Shown one piece after another: positions 1-11,544 of a stretch of 64,000 nucleotides of DNA. The position numbers and the translations under genes are program-made. The stretch is from the NCBI RefSeq assembly GCF_964213995.1, contig NW_027590189.1, positions 186,001-250,000 on the forward strand, in the 5' to 3' direction. The stretch's first letter is position 1. Every line of letters begins with the position of its first letter. The stretch comes from Mustelus asterias (taxonomy: Eukaryota). Under the pieces are notes generated by a model. The model saw only the letters and a list, made by a program, of their open reading frames with translations. It searched no databases and was not told the origin of the DNA.

Positions 1-146
1 CTTTCAAGATCCTGTAAAATGAGTTTCCAAAAGTCATCAGTGTCAATACAGGATAGAAATTCAGAACAGACAATTTCTATGGAACATTCTTTCCTCTCTC
101 ATTCCCCAAAAGCTGGAAATCTCCATCCCACACACTCTCTCCCCAT
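1..146 (-). other. Intron and splice acceptor of a ZNF gene running off the left edge
   Basis: Reverse complement of the conserved ZNF intron (gtgtgtgggatggagatt...tttctatcctgta...ttttacag|gat) also seen at 6890-7030 and 22850-22985. Confidence 0.7.
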
Positions 147-334
147 TCTCAGCAGGTCTGGCAGCATCTGGATGGAGAGAAAAGAACTGATGTTTCAGAG
201 CTTTGACAAAGGGTCATCTCGACAAGAAACATCAACTCTTTTCTCTCCTTACAAATGCTGCTAGAACTGCTGAGATTTTCCAGCATTTTCTCTCTTGGTT
301 TCAGATTCCAGCATCCGCAGTAATTTGCTTTTAT
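147..334. mobile_element. Penelope-like element terminal fragment (inverted-repeat form)
   Basis: Imperfect inverted repeat tctcagcaggtctggcagcatct...atgctgctagaactgctgaga around a degenerate hammerhead-like core (ttgacaaagggtcatc..gaaac); related copies at 15816, 42375, 47075, 61370. Confidence 0.55.
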
Positions 335-1230
335 AAGGCTGCAGATACCTCCTCCCAAGTAACATGTGTGTGCCCAAGACATCACCACTTGTTTCCCTTA
401 TTTCTTTAGCACCCATGGTGCTCTCCGCAGTAAACACAGAGGAGAAGTATTCATTAAAAATCTCACCCATCTCCTGTGGCTCCACACACAGATGGCCATA
501 CTGATTTTTAAGGGGATCTCTTCTCTCTCTAGCCACCTTTTTACTCTTAATATAGCCATAGAACCTCTTGGAATTTTCTTTAATCTTACCTGCCAGATCC
601 ATATCATACCCTCTTTTTGTCCTCCTGATTTCCCTCTTCAGTATTTTCTTACACTTTTTATAGTCAGAGTGATTCACTTGTCCCCGATTGCCGAAACCCA
701 ATGTCTGCTTCCTTCTTTTACCTGATGTGGAGATGCCGGCGTTGGACTGGGGTAAACACAGTCAGAAGTTTAACAACACCAGGTTAAAGTCCAACAGGTT
801 TATTTGGTAGCAAAAGGTGTGGCTTTTGCTACCAAATAAACCTGTTGGACTTTAACCTGGTGTTGTTAAACTTCTTACTTCTTTTCCCTGACCAGAGCCT
901 CAATGTCCCTTGTCTGCCAGAGATCCCTAAATTTACCATTCTTTCCCTTCATCTTAACAGGAATATACTGCCCCTGGACTCTTGATATCACACTTTCAAA
1001 GCCTCCCAATTGCCAGTCATTCCTTTCCCTTCAAACAAACTCACCTCATCGACATCTGCTCGATCCTGCCTAATGCCCACAAAAGTGGCCCTACTCCAGT
1101 TTAGGGCCTTGACCTGTGGACCTGTCCTATCTTTTTCCAGAACTATTTTGAAACTATTGGTGCTCCCAATAGTGCTCCCTGACTGACACTTCAGTCACTT
1201 GCTCCACCTCATTTCTTAACTGTCTAATAG
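335..1230 (-). mobile_element. CR1 LINE ORF2 fragment, interrupted by a hairpin element at 723-879
   Basis: ORF 261..701 LKREIRRTKRGY..KRFYGYIKSK..MGEIFNEYFSSVFT matches the same region of the intact CR1 ORF2 in this window. Confidence 0.85.
723..879. mobile_element. Penelope-like hairpin insertion
   Basis: 57-bp inverted arms (760-816 / 823-879, 1 mismatch), 6-nt loop, flanked by cttctttt(a/c)cctga duplication; same family at 31770, 39565, 54465. Confidence 0.65.
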
Positions 1231-1530
1231 AAAGTGAGGCCAGGAATTGATGATGAAAAATGAGGAGCTGGGAGATGAATTGAACAAGTATTTTGCCTCG
1301 GTGTTCACAATAGAGGATACAGTTAAAACTCAGAAACAGCTGGAAATCAGAAAACAGAAGTGTGGGATGAACTCTGAAAAAGCACAATTCCCAGGGAAGT
1401 GGTCCTCAGCAAACTGTTGGAGCTGTGGGCTGATGAGTCCTCGGGTCCTGCTGGGCTTCATTCTCGGGTCCTGCTGGGCTTCATTCTCGGGTCCTGCTGG
1501 GCTCCATTCCCGGGTCTTAACAGAGGGAGA
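1231..1530 (+). mobile_element. CR1 LINE ORF2 fragment
   Basis: NEELGDELNKYFASVFTIED and SPGP-like motif. Confidence 0.75.
1441..1516. repeat. 23-bp tandem repeat x3.3 (tcgggtcctgctgggcttcattc)
   Basis: Direct repeat read from sequence, expanded from the CR1 SPGPDGxHPRVL coding segment. Confidence 0.9.
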
Positions 1531-1554
1531 TAGTTGATGTTGTTCAATTTTCTA

Positions 1555-1920
1555 AACCGTCTGTCGCCATTACCCGCACTGCGCATGCTTCAGGTCCCGC
1601 CCCTCATTCACTCCGATTGGTTGGAGGACCAGCCCCTCCCGCTCGGTCCTCCAGCCCCGCCCCCTCTTCCTATTGGTCCGGAATTGCCATCAATCAGTCC
1701 CCGGGCATTGTGATGTGGGGCATGCGCAGTGTCATTGCTGTCCTTGGCGCTTGTTTGTCCCGGAGAAGCGGAGTCAGCGTTAGGCGGTGGCTGGGAGGAT
1801 TTGGAAACACTTTGTGGATCCGCAAACCCTTCAGAATCATTGTCAGCTCCCTGGTTTGCAGCTGCGGGGCTTCTCCCTCCCTCCCTCCCGGGAACAGGCC
1901 CAGGTTAACGGCCCCATCCT
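1555..1920. promoter_or_regulatory. CpG-rich ZNF promoter module (NRF1-like, GC boxes, CCAAT)
   Basis: actgcgcatgc, gcatgcgcagt, ccccgccc, gattgg; paralogous to 60310-60395. Confidence 0.6.
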
Positions 1921-2354
1921 GGCTCAGCCACTGGAGGATGGTTCACATCAGAGGATGGGGGAGGGGGACAATAAATAAGAGGTTACACTTTGGCCTCAAA
2001 TCAATGAGGACTCTGATCTCTGGGAAGGAAGGAAACCCTGGGAGGTGGGCGGGGAGGATTCACAAACACCCGCTGGAGGCCCCAACACCCCCAGTAAAAA
2101 GCTGCAGCTCCCGGGTTTGCAGCTTTTTCCCGGGAGGGAGTTGGGGAAGTTTTGTGGAGACAATTCCCGGTTGGTTCAGTTAGTGGTTCCTGGAGCTCAG
2201 AAACCCTGAGTTAGAATCCTGAACCCCACACTGGGTGGTTGTTTTATTAAATGCTTTTTATTTATTAATCATTAAAATATTAATTTGTTTTGAAAAATCA
2301 TTTTATAGCGTTTGTGAAAATGCCCATTAAAATAGCAATTCTCCCAAAGTATTT

Positions 2355-2683
2355 CATAGAATCCCTACAGTGCTGAAGGAGGTTATTCGGCTCATCGAGT
2401 CTGCACCAACAACAATCCCACCTAAGCCCTATTCCCATAACCCCACATATGTAACCTGCTAATCCCTCGAACCTGCTCATCCCAGGACACTAAGGGGCAA
2501 TTTAGCATAGCCAATGCACCTAACTGGCATATCTTTGGATGATGGGAGGAAACCGGAGCATCTGGAGAAAACCCACGCAGACATGGGGAGAACGGGCAGA
2601 CTCCACACAGACAGTGACCCAGGTTGGGAATCGAACCCAGGTCCCTGGAGCTGCGAGGCAGCAGTGCTAACCACTGTGCTGCC
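2355..2683 (-). mobile_element. HE1-type tRNA-derived SINE
   Basis: 5' ggcagcacagtggttagcactgctgcc head with B-box ggttcgattc, CR1-type 3' tail gggattctatg. Confidence 0.85.
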
Positions 2684-3307
2684 TACATTGCTGATGAGAA
2701 TTTTAATTTACTGACTTAGGAATTAATTCTTGGGAATAGTCATTCTGAAAATGACCATTAAAATGTGTTTAATTTACCCCACTTTGCAGGTTTTCAGTTT
2801 GCATTTCAAAATTGAATTGAGAATGTCTGGGAGCAAATGGTAAAATGAGGTTTGAGACACCAGCTGCAATTATTTTCTGTGACTGATGATACCTTTGTGC
2901 CTGTGCAGGAGGTAATTCCGCTGCTGTTGTGGCACAAATAAAATGGAGCTTTTCCAAGGAACAGGCCCATGTTAATGGTCATCGTGGTGTTTCATTGGTG
3001 AGCAGAGCACGTGTGCCCATTGTGGTAACAACAGAGTCAGTGGGGCTGCACGTCCCCTGACTTGGAAGGAAAATAATTGACTCCTTGATTGTACTCTCAA
3101 TCTGCACATGGTCTGGAGGACTGAATCCAGCTGGAGGGAGAGGGAGCTGGGCTCAGAGTGGAGATGGGGCAATGATTTTGATTTCAGCTCAGGGACAAGA
3201 GAGAGTGTGTGGGATGGGGATTACAGCTCAAGATAAATGAGACAGAGAAATGTTTCGTGGAAACTGAAATTGTCTGTTCTGAAGCAGTTTTTTAAAACTC
3301 TGTGCAG

Positions 3308-4077
3308 GGAACTAGAAGAGGAAGAGTCACAGACAGGAAACTCAAACTAAACTTCACATCAAAGTCTGACAGAGCCATTCGATTCATCATGACCTAAATA
3401 TGATTGCTTTTGACAGTGGAGGGATAAATCGTTCCCTGTTTTGTCAGTGGGAGAAAATTTCAAAATTCAATGTGACAGAAAAAGAACTGAGACACACACA
3501 TACACCCAAGTGAGAGTGCTCCAGTGAACTGACTGTGGATCGAGCTTTAACCAGTTACATAGCCTGAAAAACATCACACCATGGTCTGTATGTGGATGAG
3601 GCTTCAACTAATCATCCAACCTGGAGAGACAGAAGGACACCAGCACCATGGACAAACCGTGGAAATGTGAGGATTGTGGTAAAGGATTCAATTATCCAGC
3701 CCGGTTGGAAACCCATCGACACGGTCACATTGGGGCTGGGAAAATGGAGAAACGATGGAAATGTGATGATTGTGATAAAGGATTCAATTATCTGTACTTG
3801 CTGGAAAACCATAGACACAGTCACATTGGAGAGAGGCCATCTGTTCTGTGTTTGGGAAAGGATTCACTATCTCATCCCACCTGCTGTTACACCAGCAAAT
3901 TCACACTGAGGAGAGGCCGTTCAGTTGCTCCACCTGTGGAAAGGGGTTCTCATGTTCATCCAACCTCAGTGCACATCAGCGAGTTCACACTGGGGAGAGA
4001 TTGTTCACCTGCTCCTTGTGTGGGAAGGATTTTGCTGGGCCATCCAGTCTTTGGACACAACAGCGAATTCACACAGG
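3308..4077 (+). pseudogene. Degenerate C2H2 ZNF exon (duplicated first finger, frameshift, truncated by CR1)
   Basis: MDKPWKCEDCGKGF / MEKRWKCDDCDKGF in one frame and [12 protein letters not shown] fingers in another frame; CR1 starts at ~4078. Confidence 0.8.
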
Positions 4078-5043
4078 ATATATATAATATATATAAATGA
4101 TTTGGAGGAAAATGTAACTGGATTGATAGGTAAGTTTGCGGACGACACAAAGGTTGGTGGATTTGCGGATAGCGATGAGGACCATCAGAGGATACAGCAG
4201 GATATAGACCAGTTGGAGACTTGGGTGGAGAGATGGAGTTTAATCCGGACAAATGTGAGGTAATGCAGTTTGGAAGGTCTAATACAGATAGGAAATATAC
4301 AGTAAATGGCAGAACCTTTAACAATATTGATAGGCAAAGGGACCTGGGTGTACAGGAGCACAGATTACTGAAAGTGGCAATGCAGGTGGAGAAGGTCGTC
4401 AAGAAGGTATACGGCATGCTTACCTTCATCGGCTGGGGCATTGAGTTTAAAAATTGGCAAGTCATGTTGCAGCTTTATAGAACCTTAGTTAGGCCGCACG
4501 TGGAATATAGTGTTCAATTCTGGTCGCCACACTACCAGAAGGATGTGGAGGCTTTGGAGAGGGTCCAGAAAAGATTTACCAGGATGTTGCCTGGTATGGG
4601 GGGCATTAGCTATGAGGAGAGGTTGGGAAACTTGGTTTGTTCTCACTTGAGCGATGGAGGTTGAGGGGAGACCTGATAGAAGTCGACAAGATATGAGAGG
4701 CATGGAAAGAGTGGATAGACAGAAACTTTTTCCCAGGGTGGAAGAGTCAATTACTAGGGGGAATAGGTTTAAGGTGCGAGGGGTAAAGTTTAAAAGAGAT
4801 GTACAAGGCAGATGTTTTACACAGAGAGTGGTGGGTGCCTGGTATTCATTGCCGGGGGAGGTAGTGGAAGCAGATACGGTCTTGACTTTTAAGCGGCGTC
4901 TTGACAAGTACATGAATGAGATGAGAATAGAGGGATATGGTCCCTGGAAGGGTAGTGGGTTTTAGTTAAGTCGGGCAGTATGGTCGGTGCAGGCTTGGAG
5001 TGCCAAAGGGCCTGTTCCTGTGCTGCAATTTTCTTTGTTCTTA
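4078..5043 (+). mobile_element. 5'-truncated CR1 LINE (RT C-terminal half and 3' end)
   Basis: IYINDL..KFADDTK, YRTLVRPHVEYSVQFWSP; acacagg flanks both ends (4071 and 5046), a possible TSD. Confidence 0.9.
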
Positions 5044-5559
5044 GTACACAGGCCAATTTATCTTTCTAGGGGTGTGTGTCTGAGAGGTATGCAACTGGAA
5101 AACATTTTCCATTCACCTTCTGCATTGCTGCAGTATAAATAGATGTTGTTCTCACTCTGCCAGCAGGGCTGTGGGATTAATTGGACAGATCTTAAAGACA
5201 GCCCGACTGGGCAGGATGTGCCAAGTGGTTTCCATCTGTGATGTATCATTCCATAAAACAGAATATTTAGCATCAGGAGAAAGAAAGTGAAAGAAACCTG
5301 TCTCTGTGGGATTTACCCAACCAGCATGAGCACCTTCAGGACAGCAGAGAGAGGGGAGGAATCCAGTGGGAAAAGTTTTAAAAACTCGGGGTATTCCCAC
5401 AGGAGAGCACTGGTTTAAATCAATTTTAGAAATAGAGAATGGCAGCGCACAAATTCCGAGGAATGCATTTTTTAAAATTAATTGATCTTAATTGCACAAG
5501 ATAATTTTCTATTATTGTCTTTGATTGACAATGACGCCATTAATTCCCAGGTGCCCCTG

Positions 5560-5951
5560 CGGGTGTGAAAGTGTCCTATTCATTCCACAGGAGCCTATTG
5601 CGCAGGCGCAGTACTATATCTGGAGCGTGCGCAGTGTCACTTTGCCCGGAGCCCTATGAATGCGGGAGCGGCTTTTTTCAGAGGGTGAGTCAGTGGGGCT
5701 GCGGGAGAAATGTAGCCGGGAGTCGGGGTAGGGAGGGAGCTATGGCTTCACAAACATCCGCTGTAGGCCGCACGGCCCGAATAAGACCCTGCAGGTCCCG
5801 GGTTTACAGCTCCCAGGCTTTTATCCCGGGAACAGGCCCAGGTTATCGGCCGCCATCTTGTTTCAGCGGGGAAGGAGAGCGCATGCGCTGCTGTCGGTGG
5901 CGGGTCACAATGGGCGTGGTTTCAGGGGCTGGTTCAGAACCTCTGTCTTCA
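5560..5951 (+). promoter_or_regulatory. CpG-rich promoter / first exon of the 7382 ZNF gene
   Basis: tgcgcaggcgca, gcgcatgcgc (NRF1-like), gccgccatctt (YY1); ends in ctctgtcttca, the exon-1 sequence that precedes the donor in paralogs. Confidence 0.6.
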
Positions 5952-5960
5952 GAGGGACAA

Positions 5961-6196
5961 TAGAATCATAGAAACCCTACAGCACAGAAAGAGGCCATTC
6001 GGCCCATCGAGTCTGCACCGACCACAATCCCACCCAGGCCCTACCCCCATATCCCTCCATATTTTACCCGCTAATCCCTCTAATTTACGCATCCCAGGAC
6101 ACTAAGGGGCAATTTTTTTAGCATAGCCAATCGACCTAACCCGCACATCTTTGGACTGTGGGAGGAAACCGGAGCACCCAGAGGAAACCCTCGCAG
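5961..6196 (-). mobile_element. HE1-type SINE, 5'-truncated, nested in the 5' end of a Tx1 fragment
   Basis: catagaaaccctacag tail; agaggg on both sides (5951 and ~6197). Confidence 0.85.
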
Positions 6197-6604
6197 AGAG
6201 GGGCGGGTCGGGATGGTGACCTCCTCGTGAACCTGCTCCTGGGCCTGGCGAAGCGCTCCATTTATAGGTCCAGGCAGCAGACGATCGAGGGGGCCGTCCA
6301 TCCTGACTGTCTGCCCCTCTACCGTGGCTACGTTCGCGGCCAGGTGTCCCTGGAGAGGGAACATGCGATGTCCATGGGCGCGGTTGACGCCTTCCACCCC
6401 CGTTGGGCACTGCAGGGGTTGGGGTGTGTTATCGACCCGAATAATCACATTATGATTTGATGTTTTTAAGTTTCCTTTGTACTTTGATTTTTGTTCGGGC
6501 TGCTCCCCCTCCTTTTGGGGAGCTGCTCCTTTTGGGGAGCTGCCCCTTTTACTTTGTCCTGATTTAACTTGAGTTTGTTTATTTGGTTTGACCTTAAAAG
6601 AGGC
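6197..6604 (+). mobile_element. Tx1-clade (L1/Tx1) LINE 3' fragment
   Basis: GDLLVNLLLGLAKRSIYRSR...SLEREHAMSMGAVDAFHPRW ORF2 C-terminus, then T-rich 3'UTR ending gaccttaaaagaggc. Confidence 0.75.
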
Positions 6605-7381
6605 CAACATCTGTGAGTAAAACACTTTCTTTTCTCCCCCTTTCCATTTCTTTTCTCATTCTGGGGGAAATTGGGGAGTTGCAGCAACTGAAGGGAAAGG
6701 AAGTGAATCCAGTCGGTATGTTCCACACATTGTTAGTCCAGTCAGATAGACATATATCTGTCTGGCAGCCTGCATGGAGATTTCCAGCTCTCTGTGTCCA
6801 GGACAGGAAGCAGTGAGCATAGATCTATCAATCAGCACCTTCAGGAGAATTGGGAGGGTGAATATTAGATACAGCAGAGTGAGAATGGAGGGAGAGTGTG
6901 TGGGATGGAGATTTGCAGCTCTTGGGGAATGAGAGAGGAAATAATGTTCCATAGAAACTAGAATTGTCTGTTCTGAATTTCTATCCTGTACTGACAGTAA
7001 TAACCTTTGTAAACTCCTTTTACAGGATATCAGAAGTTGAGGATTTTACAGACAGAAATCTCAAACCAAACATCACATCAACATCTGACAGAGTCACTCA
7101 ATTCATCGGGAGCTGAATATCTTGGGTCTTTGTATCCAGAAGGAAAAATGTTTCTCTGTTCTGTTGGCTTTAGCAGTCTTTAAACATCAGTGTGACTGGA
7201 ACAGGACTCACACACACACACAAAATCAACTGAGATTTTCCCATGCAGTGACTGTGGAAAGAGCCTCCCAGTTACAGAGCCTGAAAAAATATTGCCCCAT
7301 CACAGCAGGGCACTATAATATTGTTCTGTGTGAGACTTCAACTGATGGTCAAACCTGGAGCAACACAAGGACACCTGCCCC

Positions 7382-8212
7382 ATGGAGAAACCGTGGAAAT
7401 GTGGGGACTGTGGGAAGGGTTGCAAAACCCCCTCTGAGCTGCAAATTCATCGACGTATTCACACTGGAGAGAAGCCGCACACCTGTTCTGTGTGCGGGAA
7501 GGGATTCACTCGGTTATATTATCTGCAGCGACATCGGCTGGTTCACACTGGAGAAAGAGCGTTCATCTGCTTTGAGTGTGGGAACGGATTCGCTCATTTA
7601 CCCGATCTGCAGAGACACCAGCGCGTTCACACTGGAGAGAGACCATTCATCTGCTTGGTGTGTGGGAAAGGATTTATGCAGTTATCCAACCTGTCAAAAC
7701 ACAAAGTCACTCACACCAATGAGAGACCCTTGAAGTGCTCTGACTGTGGAAATGGTTTCAAAAGCTCTCGGGAACTGATGATCCACCAGCGCATTCACAC
7801 TGGGGAGAGACCGTTCAGCTGCTCTCACTGCACAAAGACATTTAGAACATCATCCCACCTGCGGGAGCACCAGCGAATTCACACCAGGGAGAGACCATTC
7901 ACCTGCTCTGTGTGTGGGAAGGGATTCACTCATTCATCCAGCCTGCTGAGTCACAATCTCACTCACACTCAGGAGAGACCCTTTAAATGCTCTGACTGTG
8001 GCAGTGGTTTCAAAAGTCCTCGGGATCTGGTTATCCACCAGCGCATTCACACTGAGGAGAGACCATTCAGCTGCTCTCACTGCACAAAGAGATTTAGAAC
8101 GTCATCAAACCTGCAGGAACACCAGCGAGTTCACACTGGGGAGAGACCGTTCACCTGCTGTGTGTGTGGGAAGGGATTCACTCAGTCATCCAGCCTGCGG
8201 AGACACCAATGA
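7382..8212 (+). CDS. C2H2 zinc-finger protein, 9 complete fingers plus a 10th truncated by an Arg>stop change
   Basis: [12 protein letters not shown] start with TGE(K/R)P linkers; upstream donor 6613, exon ~6802-6857, acceptor ttttacag at ~7025. Confidence 0.85.
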   Translation: MEKPWKCGDCGKGCKTPSELQIHRRIHTGEKPHTCSVCGKGFTRLYYLQRHRLVHTGERAFICFECGNGFAHLPDLQRHQRVHTGERPFICLVCGKGFMQLSNLSKHKVTHTNERPLKCSDCGNGFKSSRELMIHQRIHTGERPFSCSHCTKTFRTSSHLREHQRIHTRERPFTCSVCGKGFTHSSSLLSHNLTHTQERPFKCSDCGSGFKSPRDLVIHQRIHTEERPFSCSHCTKRFRTSSNLQEHQRVHTGERPFTCCVCGKGFTQSSSLRRHQ

Positions 8213-8634
8213 GTTCACAAGTGATGACAGGGGTTGAATTCTGCTGTTATTGCTGCTGTTAATCACATCCAGGACTGAACCATGTTCATTCTGACAGTTG
8301 GTGAAGTGGGAGGGTCGAAGGATTTCTTTTTGCTGGACTGGACAGTCTCACGACTTTGCTTCCAGTGGGCTGATGCTCTTTGAGCCTGGGAGAGCACATT
8401 TCCACTGAAATGATCCACAAGAGCTGATGAAGGACATTTATTTTATCCTGGATAGTAAATAGTGTTTTTCCTACCACTACAGGTAGGTCTAAAATAAATA
8501 CAGAAAGGACTGCAAAAATGCATTAGGTCTGGCAACATTTATGGAGAGAGAAACAGTGTTAATATTTCACACTACTGGATTGGGAATCAATCTAGTAAAT
8601 CTCCTCTGAACTGTTTCCATGGTATTTATAAAAT

Positions 8635-8947
8635 GGGGCAGCACAGTGGTTAGCACTGCTGCCTCACAACGCTAGGGACCCAGGTTCAATTCCAGCCTGG
8701 GTCACTGTCTGTGTGGAGTTTGCACATTCTCCCTGTGTCTGCGTGGGTTTCCTCCGGGTGCTCCGGTTTCCTCCCACAGTCCAAAGATGTGTGGGTTAGG
8801 TTGATTTGGCCGTGTTAAATTGACCTTTAGTGTCAGGCGGACTGGCTGGAGTAAATGCATGTGGTTATGGGAATAGGGCCTGGGTGGGATGGTGTTTGGT
8901 ACAGACTCGATGGACAGAACGGCCTCTGTCTGTACTGTAGGGATTCT
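8635..8947 (+). mobile_element. HE1-type SINE
   Basis: Same head, core and tail as other copies. Confidence 0.85.
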
Positions 8948-9402
8948 CCAATCCTTTGTTTAATAGGAGACAAAAACTGCAGCCCCTATTCAAGATGCAG
9001 TTCCAGCAACGCCCTGTATAACTGAAGCATAACATCTTTACTTCAATGTTCAATTTCTCTCAGAATAAAGGATTGCATTCCATATGTAAGAATTTTGATT
9101 TGTTTGAACTAAGATTTATGGGTTCACTTGTTTACAACAACCTCCCTAATCATAACTCACCCAGGTTCCAGTGACTTAACCATATGGCAAGAAAGAACAC
9201 TTTAAATGGTGAATTCAGAAAGTTTATTCACCATTAAAAATGTAACAAGTCAGAAAGATTTAAAAAAGTAAAGTATCGATCAACAGTAAAGGAGAAAGCT
9301 TAACTTTAACTTCTCTCCATCCCTCTCAGACCAGTACATGAAGTGGTGGCACTGAAAACACGGATAACTTGTAAAATCAACAGCTCCCAACACCTCTCTG
9401 TA

Positions 9403-9663
9403 GGACACAGTGGTTCGCACTGCTGCCTCACAGCGCCAGAGACCCGGGTTTGAGTTCTGCCTTTGGTCACTGTCTGTGCAGAGTCTGTATATTCCCCCTG
9501 TCTGTGTGGGTTTTCTCCCACAGACCGAAGGACTTGCTGGTTAGGTACATTGAGCATGCTAAATTCTCCCTCAGTTTACCCGAACAGGCGCCAGAGTGGC
9601 GACTAGGGGATTTTCAGAGTAACTTCATTGCAGTGTGAATGTGTGACACTAATAAATAAACTT
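9403..9663 (+). mobile_element. tRNA-derived SINE, second subfamily (tail gtaacttcattgcagtg..aataaataaac)
   Basis: HE1-like head with a different tail; absent from the paralogous segment at ~41860. Confidence 0.75.
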
Positions 9664-9990
9664 AAAAAAACCTTGAACTTTTAAAAACTTCTGCCAAATT
9701 GGTTTCTCGAATCCCCTTTTTTATACTTTCAGAATGTAGAAAGCCCAGCTCAGCCAATTGTTGGGAATTAACCAATTGGTCTATAACTTGTCAATAATGA
9801 AACTGGTTTGGTTTTTAGCTAGTTGCACAAATTGTCTGAATTTTAAGACAATTCTTTCTCTCAACCGATATCTCTTAGCTTGGGGGAGCCTGAGTGTTGA
9901 CCAATAATTGGTTAACATCAGTCATTCAATGTTGAGACATCTTGAACAGGAGCTGATTCATTCCCTCCAGTCAATGTTAACAATGTTTTA

Positions 9991-10290
9991 AAGTTTATTT
10001 ATTAGTGTCACAAGTAGGCTGACATTAACACTGCAATGAAGTTACTGGGAAAATCCCCCTAGTCGCAACACTCCGGCATCTGTTCGGGTTCACTGAGGGA
10101 GAATTTACCATCGTCAATCCACCTAACCAGCACGTCCTTTGGACTGTGGGAACAAACTGGAGCACCCAGAGGAAACCCACGCAGACACGGGTGAGAACGT
10201 GCAGACTCCGCATAGTCACCCAAGCCGGGAATTGAACCCAGGTCCCTGGCACTGTGAGGCAGCAGTGCTAACCACTGTGGCACCGCACCA
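9991..10290 (-). mobile_element. tRNA-derived SINE, second subfamily
   Basis: Reverse complement of the 9403 type. Confidence 0.75.
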
Positions 10291-10559
10291 CGCTAACAAG
10301 TCTTGTTATCTGTTTTTTTTCTATTCTGTTGGCCTCAGAAGGGAACATTTTATAATTCCCACAGCATTTTAAACATTCTTTATATCTTTATAATTCTAAA
10401 CGTTATAAACTTTTGTGTTCAAATTTACATTTCCAGCCTAACAACTGTATTAATGAATCATTTATTCTTTAATTGTCTCTCAATTCAGGCTGTCCATTTA
10501 ACTAATCTCCTGCTTTACAATTGTGGGAACTTCAGTCACAGATAAGGTCGTCAAATGCA

Positions 10560-11110
10560 TTGTTAAAAGCAGGATGTTCTTTATATAAATAAATAACAAA
10601 GTTTAAAAATCATTGGCAAACAAAAGGAAACAGGAGCATTGGAACCAGCCTGGACTTGCAACTGAAAGCCCGCCCAAAGCCCACACGTGCTCAGAAGGGA
10701 GAGAGGTTGAGAAGAACACTCTGTAACACTTCTCCTCCCCTTAAATTTCAATCCCCCATCAGGACAGAAATACAACAAAGTAATGTCTTTAACAATACGG
10801 AAGTCTGTCAGGAGCTTTGTGGTTGCATTGCGACCTGTACAATACCTCTGGTAAATCTTGTAATGGTGTTTCTGGAATGGGAGGTGAAGAGGTAGTTTGA
10901 GAATCTGTACATGAACATTCCTCTTCCACTCCCACAGCAGAGTCAACTGGCAAAGCTGGAACCATTTCCTGGTGAACATCCACAGCAGCATGACCCTCTG
11001 CCATGTTCTCAGTAACAGGTTGTTGACTCTGAAACTGTTCCTGACTCGGGGTCACACCGCAAGCAAATATGGTCTTAGTGGCTATGCTTAAAATTTCCAC
11101 ATTTAACTGG
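10560..11110 (-). mobile_element. Gypsy-like LTR retrotransposon remnant (integrase tail, PPT, start of 3' LTR)
   Basis: ORF ends PEVLYRSQCNHKAPDRL (LRRSxRxRKPPDRL-type tail), followed on minus by PPT taaggggaggagaag (10743-10729) and TGTTACA at 10728. Confidence 0.5.
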
Positions 11111-11544
11111 TTCCCATAAATCCTCAATTATAAAGCAAAATAGACATAAGTTTCCGGGCGATTTAAAAACAAATTAACTTTTCTACTGAACCTAAAGGGG
11201 TGGGGAGTGAGCAGAAAAAAACTTGGCACACAATTACATCACTTTACATAATTTAAAAAATCTCTAACAACAAAACAATCTTAATTTTAAACTTCATCTA
11301 TTATTCTTTTTGTTTTCTTCCTCAACCGAATTATTTTAATTTGATCAGTTTTTGTTAGGGATGGGTAACTTCTGTTCTTTATAAACTGATTCATTCGTTT
11401 TGTTAGTTCTACATGAGAATCAGAACCCAGACTTTATCATCCTTATAAGAACATAAGAACATAAGAAATAGGAGCAGGAGTAGGCCATCTAGCCCCTCGA
11501 GCCTGCCCCGCCATTCAATAAGATCATGGCTGATCTGACGTGGA

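Noticed and set aside
1617-2183. 188-aa ORF and similar ORFs in CpG-rich promoters (5565, 20529, 34068, 26163)
   Set aside because: Stop-poor because of high GC; low-complexity translations with non-ATG starts in most cases.
6590-6615. U2 snRNA target (Keno-type) at the Tx1 junction
   Set aside because: The flank caacatctgtgagt does not match the U2 sequence; it is ZNF exon 1.
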